Origin: Vicugna vicugna
Lineage: Eukaryota
DNA length: 64,000 nucleotides
Assembly: GCA_013265495.1 (NCBI GenBank)
Contig: MU058009.1
Span: forward strand, 3,985,780 to 4,049,779
Direction: 5' to 3'
The notes beneath the pieces were generated by a model. That model was not told where the DNA came from and did not search any database. It saw only the letters and a list, made by a program, of their open reading frames with translations. Made by a program: the position numbers and the translations under genes. Shown in pieces: positions 11,717 to 24,185 of the stretch (position 1 is the first letter of the stretch; every line of letters starts with the position of its first letter).

Positions 11717-12859
11717 GCTCTGCCTTTCATCCTTCGTTTTCTATTCAGCCTTGCCCCAAATTGACCTGGGCAAACCCCAAACAAAGACATGCATACCTGT
11801 TGGGTGGGGTGAGGGACAGCGCCCCCCCCACATCACCAGTAGGCTGCTGACTGGTGCCTGGGTGCTGCCAGGCCAGTCAGTTGTGCTGGGCGGGGCCCGC
11901 CTCTCAGTGGGGGCCGCTGGGGCTGGGAGGCTGGCACAAGCGCAGGGAGCCGGGCGCCACGGCCCGGATGCACCGGCCTGCAGGCACAGGTCCCCTATTC
12001 TCCTTGGATCTCCAAGTCCCCAAGGAATGGATATGCGTAATTAAGAACCCACCTTGCGTTACTTTGGTGTGCGTATATATGTTTCCCCCTGAAAATCCAT
12101 TCGGACTAAGAATACCTGCGTGCTCCGCAGAGCCAGAGACCACTGACAAAAGAATTTGCATTTGCAGTCAGAAACGCCCTCAGATTACTTTGGAAACAAC
12201 CTCCTTTACATTTTAAACAGGCTGGTGGATCCATCGTTTAGGCTACCGCCAGGAGGCAGCTATGAAGAGGCGTGGCAGGGAATGGCATTTTTCTTAAAAG
12301 GTGACAAAAAACACGGTTAGTTTCACTACAGTCGTGATTTTTCTGGTTTAAAAATAAAATCCATTTGAACTTGGGATTCTCTAGACAAACTGATATCTTT
12401 AGGGAAAGTGGGTTACTAGGAAGTGTTTTTGGAGGAGCCAGGTTGCCTTCCGGAATCTTCTGGGACGAGAGCAGGGCTCTGTGCGCACTGCTGCCAAGAT
12501 GGAGAGCAGGATGCAGACAGGTGGGAGGAGGGCCAGCCCCTCTCCTCGAGGCCTCAGACCGGGGAGCAGAGGGAAAGGGGAGCTGCAGGATCACTTAGCA
12601 GTCTGCAAGCAGATTAACCAGCAAATTAACTTTTCAGATGTCCATCCAACTGTTCGTCCTCTCAGATCCTACCCGTCTGCTGTTTCCACTTGTCAGGGGG
12701 CTGGGGAGAGAGTGTGGTTCAACCTAAATCCAGGTCCTGCTGGAGAGCGGAACCTGGGGGCTGGAGACCGCGGCGGGGAGGGCGTGGCGGGAGGCCACTT
12801 GGGCTGGCGTGGCAGGCTGTGCCTTTGCAGACGGGGCATCAAAGAGGGAGAAGGCTGGG

Positions 12860-13060
12860 CGTGTGTGCACGTGTCTGTGTGTGTGCGCCTGCATCCGAGT
12901 CTGTGCCTGTGTGTACGTGCCTGCGTGTGCGTCTGTGTGTGTCTGTGTGAGCATCTCTGTGTCTGTGTGCATCTGTGTGTGTCTGGATGGGCATCTGTGT
13001 TTGCATGTGTGTCGGTGGCTCTGTGGGTTTGTGCATCCGTGTGCGTGTGTGTCTGTGTGT
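12860..13060. repeat. Long degenerate (TG)n tract (~200 bp)
   Basis: Alternating TG interrupted by tct/gcat units; it accounts for the Cys/Val- and His/Thr-rich ORFs in the track. Confidence 0.9.
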
Positions 13061-13144
13061 GATGCAGGGGATGGCTGTGGTGAGGGAGTGCTGGGGACAC
13101 ATAGTGACAGTTTCACACATGCCCAGAGGCCACCGGACCCCACA

Positions 13145-13158
13145 CCAGCAGGTGGTGC
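13145..13158 (+). promoter_or_regulatory. CTCF-like motif CCAGCAGGTGGTGC
   Basis: One mismatch to CCASYAGRKGGCRS, a C>T at a CpG-type position. This is a motif match only. Confidence 0.3.
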
Positions 13159-14804
13159 TGCAGGGACAAGTTTGAAGGCGGCGGTGGGTTTGCTGGAGAC
13201 CTCAGAAGTAATTACGGAGGCGAACGCAGGAGTTCAGGGCGGAGCACGCCCGTCTGCACGGAGAGCGGGGACCTTGAACACACCTGGGGGCTGTTTCTCC
13301 ACTAAGGAGCTGTTTAGCTCGCTGGCTGAACTGCCCACACTGAGTTGCCCCCTTTGGTTCTGTCCTCCCCGGCCCTCCCACGCCTGGAGTTGGAACGTTC
13401 TGGCCCGAGTGCACCTCAGGGTGGACGGCAGCCCTTGTCCTACAGCTGAGGAGCGGGGGCTGGTCACCTGGGCTTCCCCGCTCCCACGCTTTCCCGCCGT
13501 CCCTTTCCTTGGCCACGTTTCATCAGAACATCTCTTCCGTCTCCCACTCCCTCCCGTCCCGTAAAGTCCTGCACGACCTCCGTGGACCTCACTTAATTCT
13601 CTCCCGAGCAGAGGTCTCCGCCCACAGTCTCTCCCGCTCCATCCGCCCTGCCTGCTGCCACGAGGTCATCCTCCCCCCGCGCCACTCTGATGCCGCCTGT
13701 GGCCCTGACACCCCATCAGCATCCTGCCCGTGTGGCCTTGGTCTGGGAACAGCCCCTTCGCCGCCCGCTGGTCCCACCCCTGCGCCCTGCTCTCACAGCG
13801 CCACCTGAGCGCTGTCAGCCTCCCCACCTTTGTTAGTTTCTCCCTCCCCCCTTTTTTACATTTGTCCTCTCTTGTTTCATTTCCAAATGCCCCAGTCTCC
13901 TCAGCTCTCCCCTCACCTGTCGCCTGCTCAATGAAGAGTCCTGCCGACGCGAGCTCGAGTCACCATTCCCCGCTCTGACCTGCGGGCCAGCGGCCGGCCC
14001 CTCCTCCGCACTCGCCCCCTTCCCACATCGTGTGTGCTTCCCTGCCTGCCTCACCCTACCTTGAAGGAGCCTCACTTCCTCCTTCTCCCATGACCATTCT
14101 ACACGGGGCCCGTGAAGCTTATGGGCAGTTGGGTACAAACCTTTGGCCTTCTGTGCTTTTTCTAAATGAAGCATCAGTTCAAAGCATCTGATGGTGGTCT
14201 TCCCGCAGCCTGGAAACAGGAGACGAGAGGCCCTCCTCCGACTGGCTCCATGGCCAAGAGCAGCCCCGCCTTGGCCTGCAGTCTCCTCAGCCCCCACTGA
14301 GGGCATTCGTGAGGGCCAGTCCTTTGCTTTTTAATCTCCACACCGTCTCCTAGTGGCAGACAAGTCCACCTGTTGGGCCTCCTCCATCCACGGAGGCTGA
14401 GAGAGGGAAATGGGCGTTGGCTCCTGGTGCAAACTCACTGGCCCTGTCTGCTCCTCCAGCTCGCGGGGACGCCATCGTTTCAGAGGGAGGGAGCCCTCCC
14501 AGGCCCATCGCTCACTGTGCAGCCCTAAGATCACTCTTTCTGCGCCTCCTGCCTGGAGGATCTTGCTCCCCCCCTTCGGGTGGATGTGGACGCAAACCCG
14601 GGGCGGCGAGGTTCTGCCGTCTCTGCCGTCAGCTACCACCGCCCCCTCTCCTCCCCAGGAGATCGGCCTGGCCTCTCCTTGCTCCCCTTTTGAATGAAAT
14701 AAAATGGAAAATTATTTCAGCTGGCTTAGCCGATGCCAGTTTTCAGGCTCCCAAATGCTATTTCTAAAAATTTATGTTCTCGTTTTATTTTATTCTTAGT
14801 AAGA

Positions 14805-14855
14805 TTATAGACTTTTAGAAACAGAAGGAACCTTTAGTGATGATTTAGGAAACTT
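14805..14855 (-). mobile_element. Short MIR end fragment
   Basis: attatagacttttagaaacagaaggaacctttagtgatgatttag resembles agaatcatagaatgttagagctggaagggaccttagagatcatctag. Confidence 0.35.
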
Positions 14856-15354
14856 AATTGTGGATCTCAAGTCAGCTGCCACTGCCACGTCCCCTCCCCT
14901 GCCCCGTCCCTCCTCATCCAAGATAGCTCCTGAATCCCTGCCGGGATGAGGGTCAGCTCCCGGGCCCCACCTTGCCCCCCGGCTCTGAGCACCACCGCGA
15001 GGCGAGCACTGCCCCACACCCAAAGGGACTCCGTCCTTGCGGCAGCTTTGGATCAGCAGGTGTTTACTGACCACTGACCGCAGGCTGTGCGGCAGCCATC
15101 GCGTGGGATTCACACCATGGCTCTGCGAAGCAGGTACCCATCGCACAAGACAAAAGAGCTGGCGCATGTGACGTCTAGGTGACCTGACTAGGGTCCCCAG
15201 GCTTCAAGGGGCAGCTCAGATACAGGCCTGGGAACTCGGACCATAGGACCTTTGCTTCTAACTGGCCCGTGTTACCACAGTCTGGGGAAGGCAAGACCCC
15301 AGGGGTGGGGGAACAGGCCCGCAGTGAAGCGCAGCAGAGAGCGGGGGCGGGGCG

Positions 15355-15480
15355 CTGGGTGTAGACTGAGCCAGTTCAGTCCTGGTTTTACCGACGATTT
15401 GCATGATCCTGAGGTGGTTATTTTAACTTCTCTGAGTCTTTTTAAAATAGCAAAACGGGATAATTATGCTATTGCCTCTC
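15355..15480 (+). mobile_element. MIR SINE (diverged)
   Basis: gcatgatcctgaggtggttattttaacttctctgagtc...aaaacgggataattatgcta is MIR core-like. Confidence 0.45.
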
Positions 15481-15989
15481 CCCTCCACCGAAACAGTAAA
15501 GCACATTGACTGAAGTCCTCCGTGTGGGACGCCTGGCAGCGGCGCCTGGCGACTGCCCGGTATCTCAAAGCACCACTGTCCTCCCTTCGAGTGGAGGGTT
15601 TGGACGCCCGTGCTCTGCTCGCTGGAGGCACCAGTGCTGGCGGGAGAGTCTCTGGAACTTAGTGCGGGACCTGACAGCAGCCGTGAGCCGTGGGGGTCTC
15701 CTTGAAGCAACGTCCCTTTGTAGCTTTGAGCAGGACCTCCAGCTCCCCTCCCCACTGGGGCACAGGCTCCATTACCATTTCCAAGGTTCAGGGCGTTCTG
15801 TTTCCCTTGAACTTGCAAGGTGAGAAAGTGCTGATAGAAAGACACCAACTTGCAAAGTCTAGAAGCCAGTTCTCAGGGAGAAAGTGATTGAAATAAAACC
15901 CTTTCAGCCCAGAGTGTAGTGTTTCTCTATCAGGAATGAGTCTCAGAAATGACCTGTGTGTCCTGCCCAATATTTATACCTACTTTAAA

Positions 15990-16095
15990 GGCAACTTTGA
16001 GTCCCCTACGCTGCCGAATCCTACTGAACCATAATATTTGGTGGAAACTCAGATCTGTGTTGTTAAAATAACCCTGGTTCAGGACGACTGTGGCA
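15990..16095 (+). mobile_element. MER5-like DNA transposon fragment
   Basis: cctactgaaccataatatttggtggaaactcagatctgtgttgttaaaataaccctgg loosely resembles the MER5 internal sequence. Confidence 0.3.
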
Positions 16096-19000
16096 GGCAT
16101 GCTAGAAGGTGCCTGTTTCAGTTCCTGACCCAGCCCAAATACGGCCCTGCAAGCTGCCACCTTCGGGGAGCAGGTGTGAGACAGCCCACGGAAGGCACCA
16201 CCACACGTGTCATAAAACTGTGGCTAAAGATAGTCAGTTTCTTATCTGCTGCCTCACATGCCGAACAGCACCCAGAAAGCATGTGTGCGATCACGTGAGC
16301 GGTTCTCCTTCTGTTTCAATCAGTGAGGATGCTCACACCGACACACGTGTCCCCCTTCCTCTGGGGAGCCCAGAGCGACGTTTGGAGCCCAGGAGCTGTC
16401 GGTCGCCCAGTCCGGGTGGTGCCGAATGCATTTCCTCCCTTGTTCATCTGAACTGGTTTGTGCCCCCTTTGCATTTTTAGCTGTTCCTCTTTATATATAT
16501 TTTAACATCACAAGCTGTCTGAGACCCTTTCTCTAAGTAGGAGGAGTATAAATCATGGGTAAATAAATAAAGCTACTGAGGCAACGAGTGACTTCCGAGG
16601 AAGCGGAGGTGTCGTCGGCAGGCAGACGCGGCAGGACTGGCCGTTATTATGATGGGTTTTTATACTTTGATGACAAAGCTACAGCGACTAGCTGTGAAAT
16701 ACGGCTTACACGTTGTTGCCTCTTGCGTGTTTATTAATTGATTTGTATCATCTCACAGAAATACTTTATCAATAGGAATCCTTCGCATCCATGGGCTTGT
16801 GTTCTGCCAATTCATCCAAGGGAAAGGTGGTGACAGTCTTGCGTCCTCAGTCTGTTCCCCCGTCCTCCCTTCTGGAGCCCCACCCCACTGTGCTGCTCCT
16901 GGGCCCTTCCGCCCTGGGTTCCCCGGGGCTCTGTCTGCGTTCTCAGCGACTGGTCCCCTAGGTCCCTCCCTTCTCATCATGTACCTTGTCTTCTTCCTGT
17001 CTCCCGACAGCTTCTGCAGCATTTCCCAGTTAAGAAAGGAGAGGTTCAGCCAATCTCAGCCCTCAAACTGGGAGAAACGGTCAGGGCCTCCAAGGGACCT
17101 CAAGGCTCGTCACGACAACATGCCCTGTACACACACAGAACTCCCCGGGCACTTTCACAAGCCTCATGCGTCCTTCCAAACCCCTAAGACGCCTCCTTAC
17201 CAAATCTTTCTCTACCGGGCACACTTCCACCAAAACCCGGCACCCTCCAGCAGGAGGAGAGTAGATTCAGGCAGATCGGGAGCAAATTATTCACAGACAG
17301 GTGAGGACTCAGGCACTGGCCCGCCCTCAGCTACCCTCGAGGAGGCCCTTCCTTAGCTGTCCCTTGGGCTCCGCAGCACCTGGCTTTGGGGTGGGAGGAC
17401 AGAAGGAGGCACAAGGGAAGGGAGGTGCGGGCACACTGAGGAGCGCCCGGACTTGCCGGTTCCTCAGGGTCCTTCCTGCTTGTCTCCGTTTGTCTTGACC
17501 CCCGGAGGGGACCAGTGACTGCCGCCCAGACTGGCTTCTGCAGCCGAGATCTGTGTGTGTCAGGTCTCCTTCACAAGATGCGGCCGATGCATGTGACCAA
17601 TGGCTGCTCACCGTCTTCTGTTTTCATCGTCAAATTTTGACACATTCGAGAATAACTCAGTGAAGTTGGTGTATCCATGGGGCCATGAGCAGGTGTAGTT
17701 GGAAGGGCGGGCGTAACACACGTAACGAGCACAAGATACGGCGGTGGTGTAGAGGAGCACATCCCATCTGGTGATTTATGTTCTCCCATCAGTGGATAGT
17801 GGATCTGTTGAAAGCTGGGACTGTGAAGATTTTATTAATGAGTTAGGCTTGAGTGCTGGGCCAGACTTAGCATGGGTGGCACTGGCGCTCAAAATCACAG
17901 CAGAGCACTTAGCATGATGTCTTGGTGGTGGCTTCAAGGTGAAGAGAAATTAGAGATGAGGCCCCCTTGGTCTTACAAGGCTCCCGCGGGTCATGCAGGT
18001 TGGGGAAGATGGGGTCCACCACCTCTCCTGCTGTGCACGAATGGTGTCTGTCCCTTTGACCGACAGTCCAGCAAGACGAAGAATGAGGGCTGTGAGCCTG
18101 TGACTCGTGGCATGCATTGTGGATTGTGTTTTTCATTCCGATTTTAAGGGATTTTTTTCAAGATAAGTTGTCTTCATCACGATGTTTAGTTTTCAAATCG
18201 CCATGCCTAAAAGCAAAGGCGACAGCCTCAGCAGGAAGTAGCAGGAAGGTGTTCTCCACTGACCGAATACTGCTAAGGAACATGTGAAAAAATTCTAGAA
18301 TTCTATGCAGTTAATTGGTCAAGTTTCTTAATTGTAACATTCAAATCACGTAGGCACTGCCCTGGGGATTTAGCTACCTCTTTGCTCCTTTGGTGCTTCT
18401 CGCGCACTCGGTTTGTGGGGTGCCTTCCTGCATTCCTTCTACAGCTGCCTGCGTTATGCGCTGAACCGGTTTGTACACGTGGAAGGATTACTTAGGGGCT
18501 TCACGGTTTGGCTTGTCCAAGCGCACCGGATGATCGATCAAGGACGTTCACTGCCGCCAGAGTTCTCCCGATCCAGGAGCAGGACCGAGCACCGATCCCA
18601 GTCCCAGTGGGGTTTTCCGCACCAGGGGTGGGGCTGTGGGAATGAGAGACTTGGTTGTGAATCGTGACTGGGGAAAAGTCTGGCACTTGCTAAGTCAGCG
18701 AAGGGTGAACTCAGTGGGGCAAGAGCCGAGCCCCGTCTCCAGATGCCCCTTTGTGTTCGAGGGCCTGGGGGGCGGTGGGGGCCGCGGGAGCGAGAGTTTG
18801 AGATCCAGCGAGTCCCTGCACATCCCGTTCTCTGCTGGTTAACTGTGGGTTGGAGGAATCACTGAACCCCCAGGAGCCTTTTCCCCGACACAGAAAATGG
18901 GGTTCTCCTTTCTCCTTTATACCTTCTCCTTCGTAAGTTTTCTCCTCACTGTCCACTCTTCCCCACTTAACCAAAACCTCTGGTTTACTGGTCTCAGATA

Positions 19001-19936
19001 TTGGACTTCCTGGAAACATTTTGTGTAACGATGGTTTTCCTACACTGGAAAAGAAAAAAGAATGATTGAATATCATCACGGCATTGTCTGTGAGTCCCCT
19101 GGGGAAGAATCTGCCGTTCGTCCACGGCTCTGTCCTTGGAGTCCAGTCAAGGGCCAGTGTCGACGTCGGAATGAATGCATCCGCACTAACACAAAACAGC
19201 TCCTGCCCCGCGTCTCTTGGCCGAGCCCTGCTGGGGCTGCTGTCACAGGAGCAGAGTGGATGGCAAGTCAGGAAAGCTTTTTGCAGGACTGTGAAATCTA
19301 ATGGATTTTAAGTTACAAGAAGGCAGAAGTGTCCCTCTAGAGTTTCCTATTGATGGCAGCCTGTACATAAATTGCACGGCTATTCATGTAATAAAGGCTT
19401 TTGATAATAATGGCATCAAAAAAGATGATCAGCCTCTGCTGTGTGGTCTCCGGTGGATACTGTCCCCAGGCTGGACAGAGCCAGCTGGCCGAGAAGGATC
19501 TCTTACCTCCTCCTTTGTCCTTTTGTTTATTATCTATTATTCCCTTTAGTGAAAGGCTTTCCAGGGGCTGTTTTTCGGTTCATCCTCCTTTGGAGGCCAG
19601 AGAAGTGGCTTCCTGAGAGGTTCGAGGCAGAGGCAGGAAGGCAGCTTACAGGCAGGGGAAGGGGGGCCCCATGTGAAGGGAGAGTCGGGCCACGGGATGA
19701 CACTTGACAATTTTGTTTTGAACTTCTCCGTTATTTCCAGTAAAGCAATTTCCTTGACATTTTCTTGTGGCATTTGAAAGGGGGAAGAGAACAGATTTTT
19801 TTTTCCTTTATCATCTTTTTCCTTTTCTCCATCTCCAAAGTGATTTATCGGGTCTTTCTCCAAAAGTCAACACTTCCCAGCGTCTAACAAACAGTGTGCG
19901 TGTTGTGGAAGGCTGCACATCTGTGCCCCTCCGTCC

Positions 19937-19959
19937 ATGTGTGTGTGTGTGCGCGCGCA
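19937..19959. repeat. (TG)n-(CG)n alternating purine-pyrimidine tract
   Basis: atgtgtgtgtgtgtgcgcgcgca is read directly. Confidence 0.85.
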
Positions 19960-22900
19960 GGCACGTGGAGCCAACAGCTGGGGCTCATCAGGCTGTGTGC
20001 TGTCCCACGGAGCCCGAGATAAGATCCCAGCCACCGAAGCCACCGCCGGGCACAGCAGAGACCCGCCTCAGTGTGTCCCACTTACCACTCGCCGTGTCCT
20101 TGTGGACCACCCACTGCGGGGCCCGACTCGGCAGCATGTCCTCCGGTGTCTGCCCTGTTCACCACCCAATGTGCAATCACCAGAAGACCAATTAATTTTC
20201 ATCTTAGCCCAAGCAAAACGTAATTAGAGAAATCTGCTACAGGAATAACAGAGAAGTCAGTCCAGAGCCAAAAGCAGGTCAGATTCTGCCACGAGGAGTG
20301 TCGGAATTCTGTCCGTTTTCATCCCTCTCCGTGTGGAACCGCTTTAAAGAGGTGTCACCTCGGGCACAGCGTCAGCTGGAGCTGGACAGGCCCGGCCGCG
20401 TGAATGACACGCCCTCCTTGTCTCCGTCTGTAGGATGAGAAGAGCCCTGGCGATGCCAGAGGGTGGTGTAGGATTTAGTGAAACAGCGTGTAAACTGTAA
20501 TGCGCCGTATGAACATAAATCATCAAGTTGACTGAACGGAGGCGTGCGCGCCGGGATGTGCCTCACTCCTGGTCTTCAACGGCCAGGATGGTTTCTTTCG
20601 GGTGGTTCACGTCCTGTCTCTCCTGTCCATGACCCGCGTCGATTAGCAGGACCCTGCCAGGACCCACACAGGCTCTCGCCACCGCGCTTCTCCCCTAGGC
20701 AAGGTCTGGGGCCGTCTTCACGCTCCCCGCCAGAAGGAATCTGGCCGGGATGCCTGACTTGCGAAAACCTCATAGGCGTGCTCTCACTTGCCAAAGACTG
20801 CGCGCGGGGTCCCAGAGAGACAGCGGCCTGTCCCTGCTGGCCCCGAGAGGGCGCCGCCCCGCTTTCTGCCTGCGAGCCAGCAGCCACACGGCACTGATGA
20901 AACACACCCACCCCAGGCATGCTTAAATTTCTGTAGCATCTGCTTTTTTCTTTCTTTGAATGCTTATGGAATAAACGGAATTTATAATCAGAAACCATAA
21001 AATGTCTGATTTATTCCTCATCTTGATGACAATATTTAATAATGCTTATATGTTTTACCACATCTTTCTAATGCTCCGTTGTGGAATTTTACCTACAGGG
21101 GCCCATCCTCTGGGCCAAAGGGGACCAGTATCCTTTAGAGCAAGGGGTTCGGAGGTGGTGGGGGGACGCCCAGCTCTCCTCCGGGCGGTTTGGGGAGCCT
21201 CAGGCCCTCGGGGCGGGGCTAGCCAAATGGCGAGATCCTCATTACACCTGTGCTGGGAGACAAGCCAGGGCTTCGTCCTCTGCCCCCGGTGCCGGAAGGC
21301 CTGTGTTTGGAGACGGGTCCTCTGAGGCTCGGAGGCCTCTCCTTTTCAAGTGCTCCCTGTTGAAGCTCCTGCATCCGCAGAGGGAAGCTTAATATCAGGG
21401 AGGCTGGGGATTGTGTAACAGCCTCGTGACAGGGGCGCCTGGTGAGGAGGGGGTGCGGGGCAGCGGCCAGAGGTGGGGAGAGGAAGGGGCTTGGGAGGCA
21501 GCGGGCAGCCGGGCGTGAGGGCGCTGGCTGCTTTGGCCGTCCTGCTTGGTGGGATGGATTTACCCTGCTTACCTCCTGCTCTTTTCTTCTGGGTCCAGGG
21601 TCTCTCGAAAGAGAGAAAGAGAGAGAGACGCTTTGTATGAGGCCCCGTCACCCCTAAGGACTGCAGGGTCTACCTCCCCCAAATGAGAGTCCTGTCTTCC
21701 TCCCAGTCCGAGATCAGTCTGATACCAAGGCAACTTGCTGGCCCGCGGAACTCATTCCCGCGTTGCCGAGCGCCACAGCAATGCCTCTTCCTCCATTCCG
21801 GCCCAGGAGCTACCCCAGGAACACATTTAAAACTCAGTTGTCAGAACTCTCGGTCTCCTCCAGCCTGAAGCGGGTGCGTGTCCTTCCACCCTTCGCGCCC
21901 TTATCCGACATCAGGTGTATTCAGACCTCCATTTTGAAGCCCGACCCTGACCCCGGTCCGTCCCGTTTTTCTCTCTGACCAGCCCCAGGCGGTACCTTCT
22001 TGGCAGGGCCACCACAGAAACGATGCTCTGCTCTTCTCCGGGCAGCACGCCAGGGAGCTCAAGGCTCCAGGGTCCCACCTGGAGATGCTAACCTTGGGTC
22101 CTTGTCAAGATAGTGCCTTCCAGGGTCCACTCCATGCAAAACCGTTCCTGCAAACAACACGAAAAAGACCAAATCTAAGTCACCTTGACACCGCCTCCTA
22201 CGCCCCACCCCCAGCCTTCAACACGCTTGCACTAAAGCCGAAGTAAGATTAATGAGGTTAATTCAGCTACGTATTTGCAAAGTAGAGAGTTTCAGCAAGG
22301 TGGCAGCGGGACCCGTTCTGTCAGCTTCACTCCATCGTGATGTCTTAGGGGGATGTGACAGGCTTGAGATTCAAAATATGTTCAATTTTACTTTTTTTAA
22401 TATTAATTTGAAAAATATTTTATTTTTCATCGTCTGAATCCTAGAAAGAGATGAATCCACCTACTTGGAGTCTTATGGATAAACTTTTCCCAAAAAGCCG
22501 TCGGCCCAGGGACAGCTCCTCTCGTGGTCTTTTAAATAGTTGCCCCAAATACCTTTCTTCTCCTTAGATCCTATATATAGTCTTCTTCATGTTCCACTGG
22601 TCTATGGTCTTGGAATCTTGAGAAGCTGAAAGAATCATCTGTGCTTCAAAGGGCTCTTTGAGGACTTTTGTGTATAGCATTTGAGACTTACTGATTTTTT
22701 TGTTTTTTGGTTTTGCCACCTTCAGGAATTATGACGGCATAGAGCCATAGGGCCAAAGAGACAGAGTGGAGACACAGGGAAGCCAATTACCTCTTTCTAC
22801 TCGGCTACCCCATCGCCCCCACCATGCACAGCACATGCACACACATGCACGCAGCCATCTGGGCAAATCTAAAGCTCTTCTAACCCAACAGACAAATCAC

Positions 22901-23744
22901 GAAACTCTCAATAAAGAGAACCAGGAGGACTGCTTCTGACAGTGACTTTTCCCCCCTTTTCTAAGCCGTGGCTGATGCCTTAACGAGGCTCCGGCGCTGG
23001 CAGCACGCTCAGTCCACGGCCGGCGGAGCTGGGGCTGGTGCTGAATTTCAGTGCAGAGGAGGAGAGGACTGGGAGGTGGGGGCAGGTGGTCGCAGCCTAT
23101 AAAGACCTGTGAGGTAACAAAGCAGGTACGGGAGGGGGTTCTTCATTCGCCCAGCAGGCGCTGGGACCAGGAGCAGTAGCCTGGAGCTGGGGAGACAGCG
23201 TTCAGGCTGGGGACTAGCAGGACGGCTCCTCACACAGAGTTTCCTGCCCAGAGCCCTGGACCTTGCAGTTCAGAGCCAGGTGCCAGGGACAGAAGTATGC
23301 TAATAGGCACCTGGAAGAATTCCTGCAGATTGAAGGGTCCCTGGGGCAAACCCAAAGCTTTCTGGTTATTATCTGTATTCCCAGGGGGACAGCCACACAG
23401 ACTCCTTTGCCCCAGGACTTAAATTCTCACCTGGCTGGTTCAGGAAACAAAGTCCTCAGGTTGATCCTTTGTGATGTTGAAAGCTCCAGTCCAAGTCTCA
23501 CTCTCCCCCTTTGGCCCCCAAAGCCGGGAGCATCTACAGTCAAGTATGACAGCTGGTACCCAGCCCCCAGGTGCTAGCCCCCTACGCAAAGGTGTCGGGT
23601 CCCAGGTGGGTGGGGATTAGGGTGGATAATTAAAAGACAGGAGAAGCAGGAAGAACATTCCAGCAATAACTGCTACTGATCAAAAGATGATCTGACTGTG
23701 TTTTATCTCCTCAGTGAAAGTATTAATGGCAACCAGAGGAGAAA

Positions 23745-23925
23745 TAAACACTTGAATGTGAGACCCATCTGGGTTCGAATCTCCGCTCTGCCACAAGCAA
23801 GACGGTGACACCGAGCAGGTGTTAACCTCTCTGAGCCTGAAAAATAGGATGACAGCCCCACCTCGGAGAGCTGGGCTGAGATTTGCGTAAACCAAGCAGC
23901 ACAGGCCTGTTACGTGGCAAACATG
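23745..23925 (+). mobile_element. MIR SINE
   Basis: ctgggttcgaatctccgctctgccac...gttaacctctctgagcctgaaaaataggatgacagc contains the B-box-like GTTCGAATC and the MIR core. Confidence 0.7.
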
Positions 23926-24134
23926 TGCTCTCTTATTTCTCTCTCCCTAGAATTTCCACTCAAATTTCCACCTTCCAAGATGGGTGTAAATTGCCAGACT
24001 TGGGAATTAAACGGTACACACGCACGTACGTGCTTGTCTGTATGTGTGTACGTGTGCCTGTGTGTGGGGAGACATCGATATGGACATAGATGCAAATACA
24101 TGACTGTGAATTGTCCCCTCCGCCCATCCCACCC

Positions 24135-24185
24135 GCACCTGCCTAGTACAGATCCAGGCACATGATAAGCACTTAAAAAGTCCTC
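24135..24185 (+). mobile_element. L2/MIR 3' tail fragment
   Basis: gcctagtacagatccaggcacatgataagcacttaaaaag resembles cctagaacagtgcctggcacatagtaggcgctcaataaa. Confidence 0.4.

Noticed and set aside
11814-11823. REST right half-site GGACAGCGCC
   Set aside because: The left half CAGCACC is absent at canonical spacing.
12693-13564. ORFs of 135-251 aa with HT/CV repeats
   Set aside because: They are translations of the degenerate (TG)n tract.
16640-16760. Possible C/D-box snoRNA (TGATGA)
   Set aside because: There is no properly placed D box (CTGA) or terminal stem.
20105-20113. Perfect GLI site GACCACCCA (variants at 5476-5484 and 6978-6986)
   Set aside because: About one perfect 9-mer is expected by chance in a GC-rich 64-kb window, and the sites are not clustered.
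23098-23135. TATAAAG followed by donor-like GTAACA/GTACGG (similar TATAAAG at 44867)
   Set aside because: These are isolated short motifs with no CpG island, initiator or exon support.
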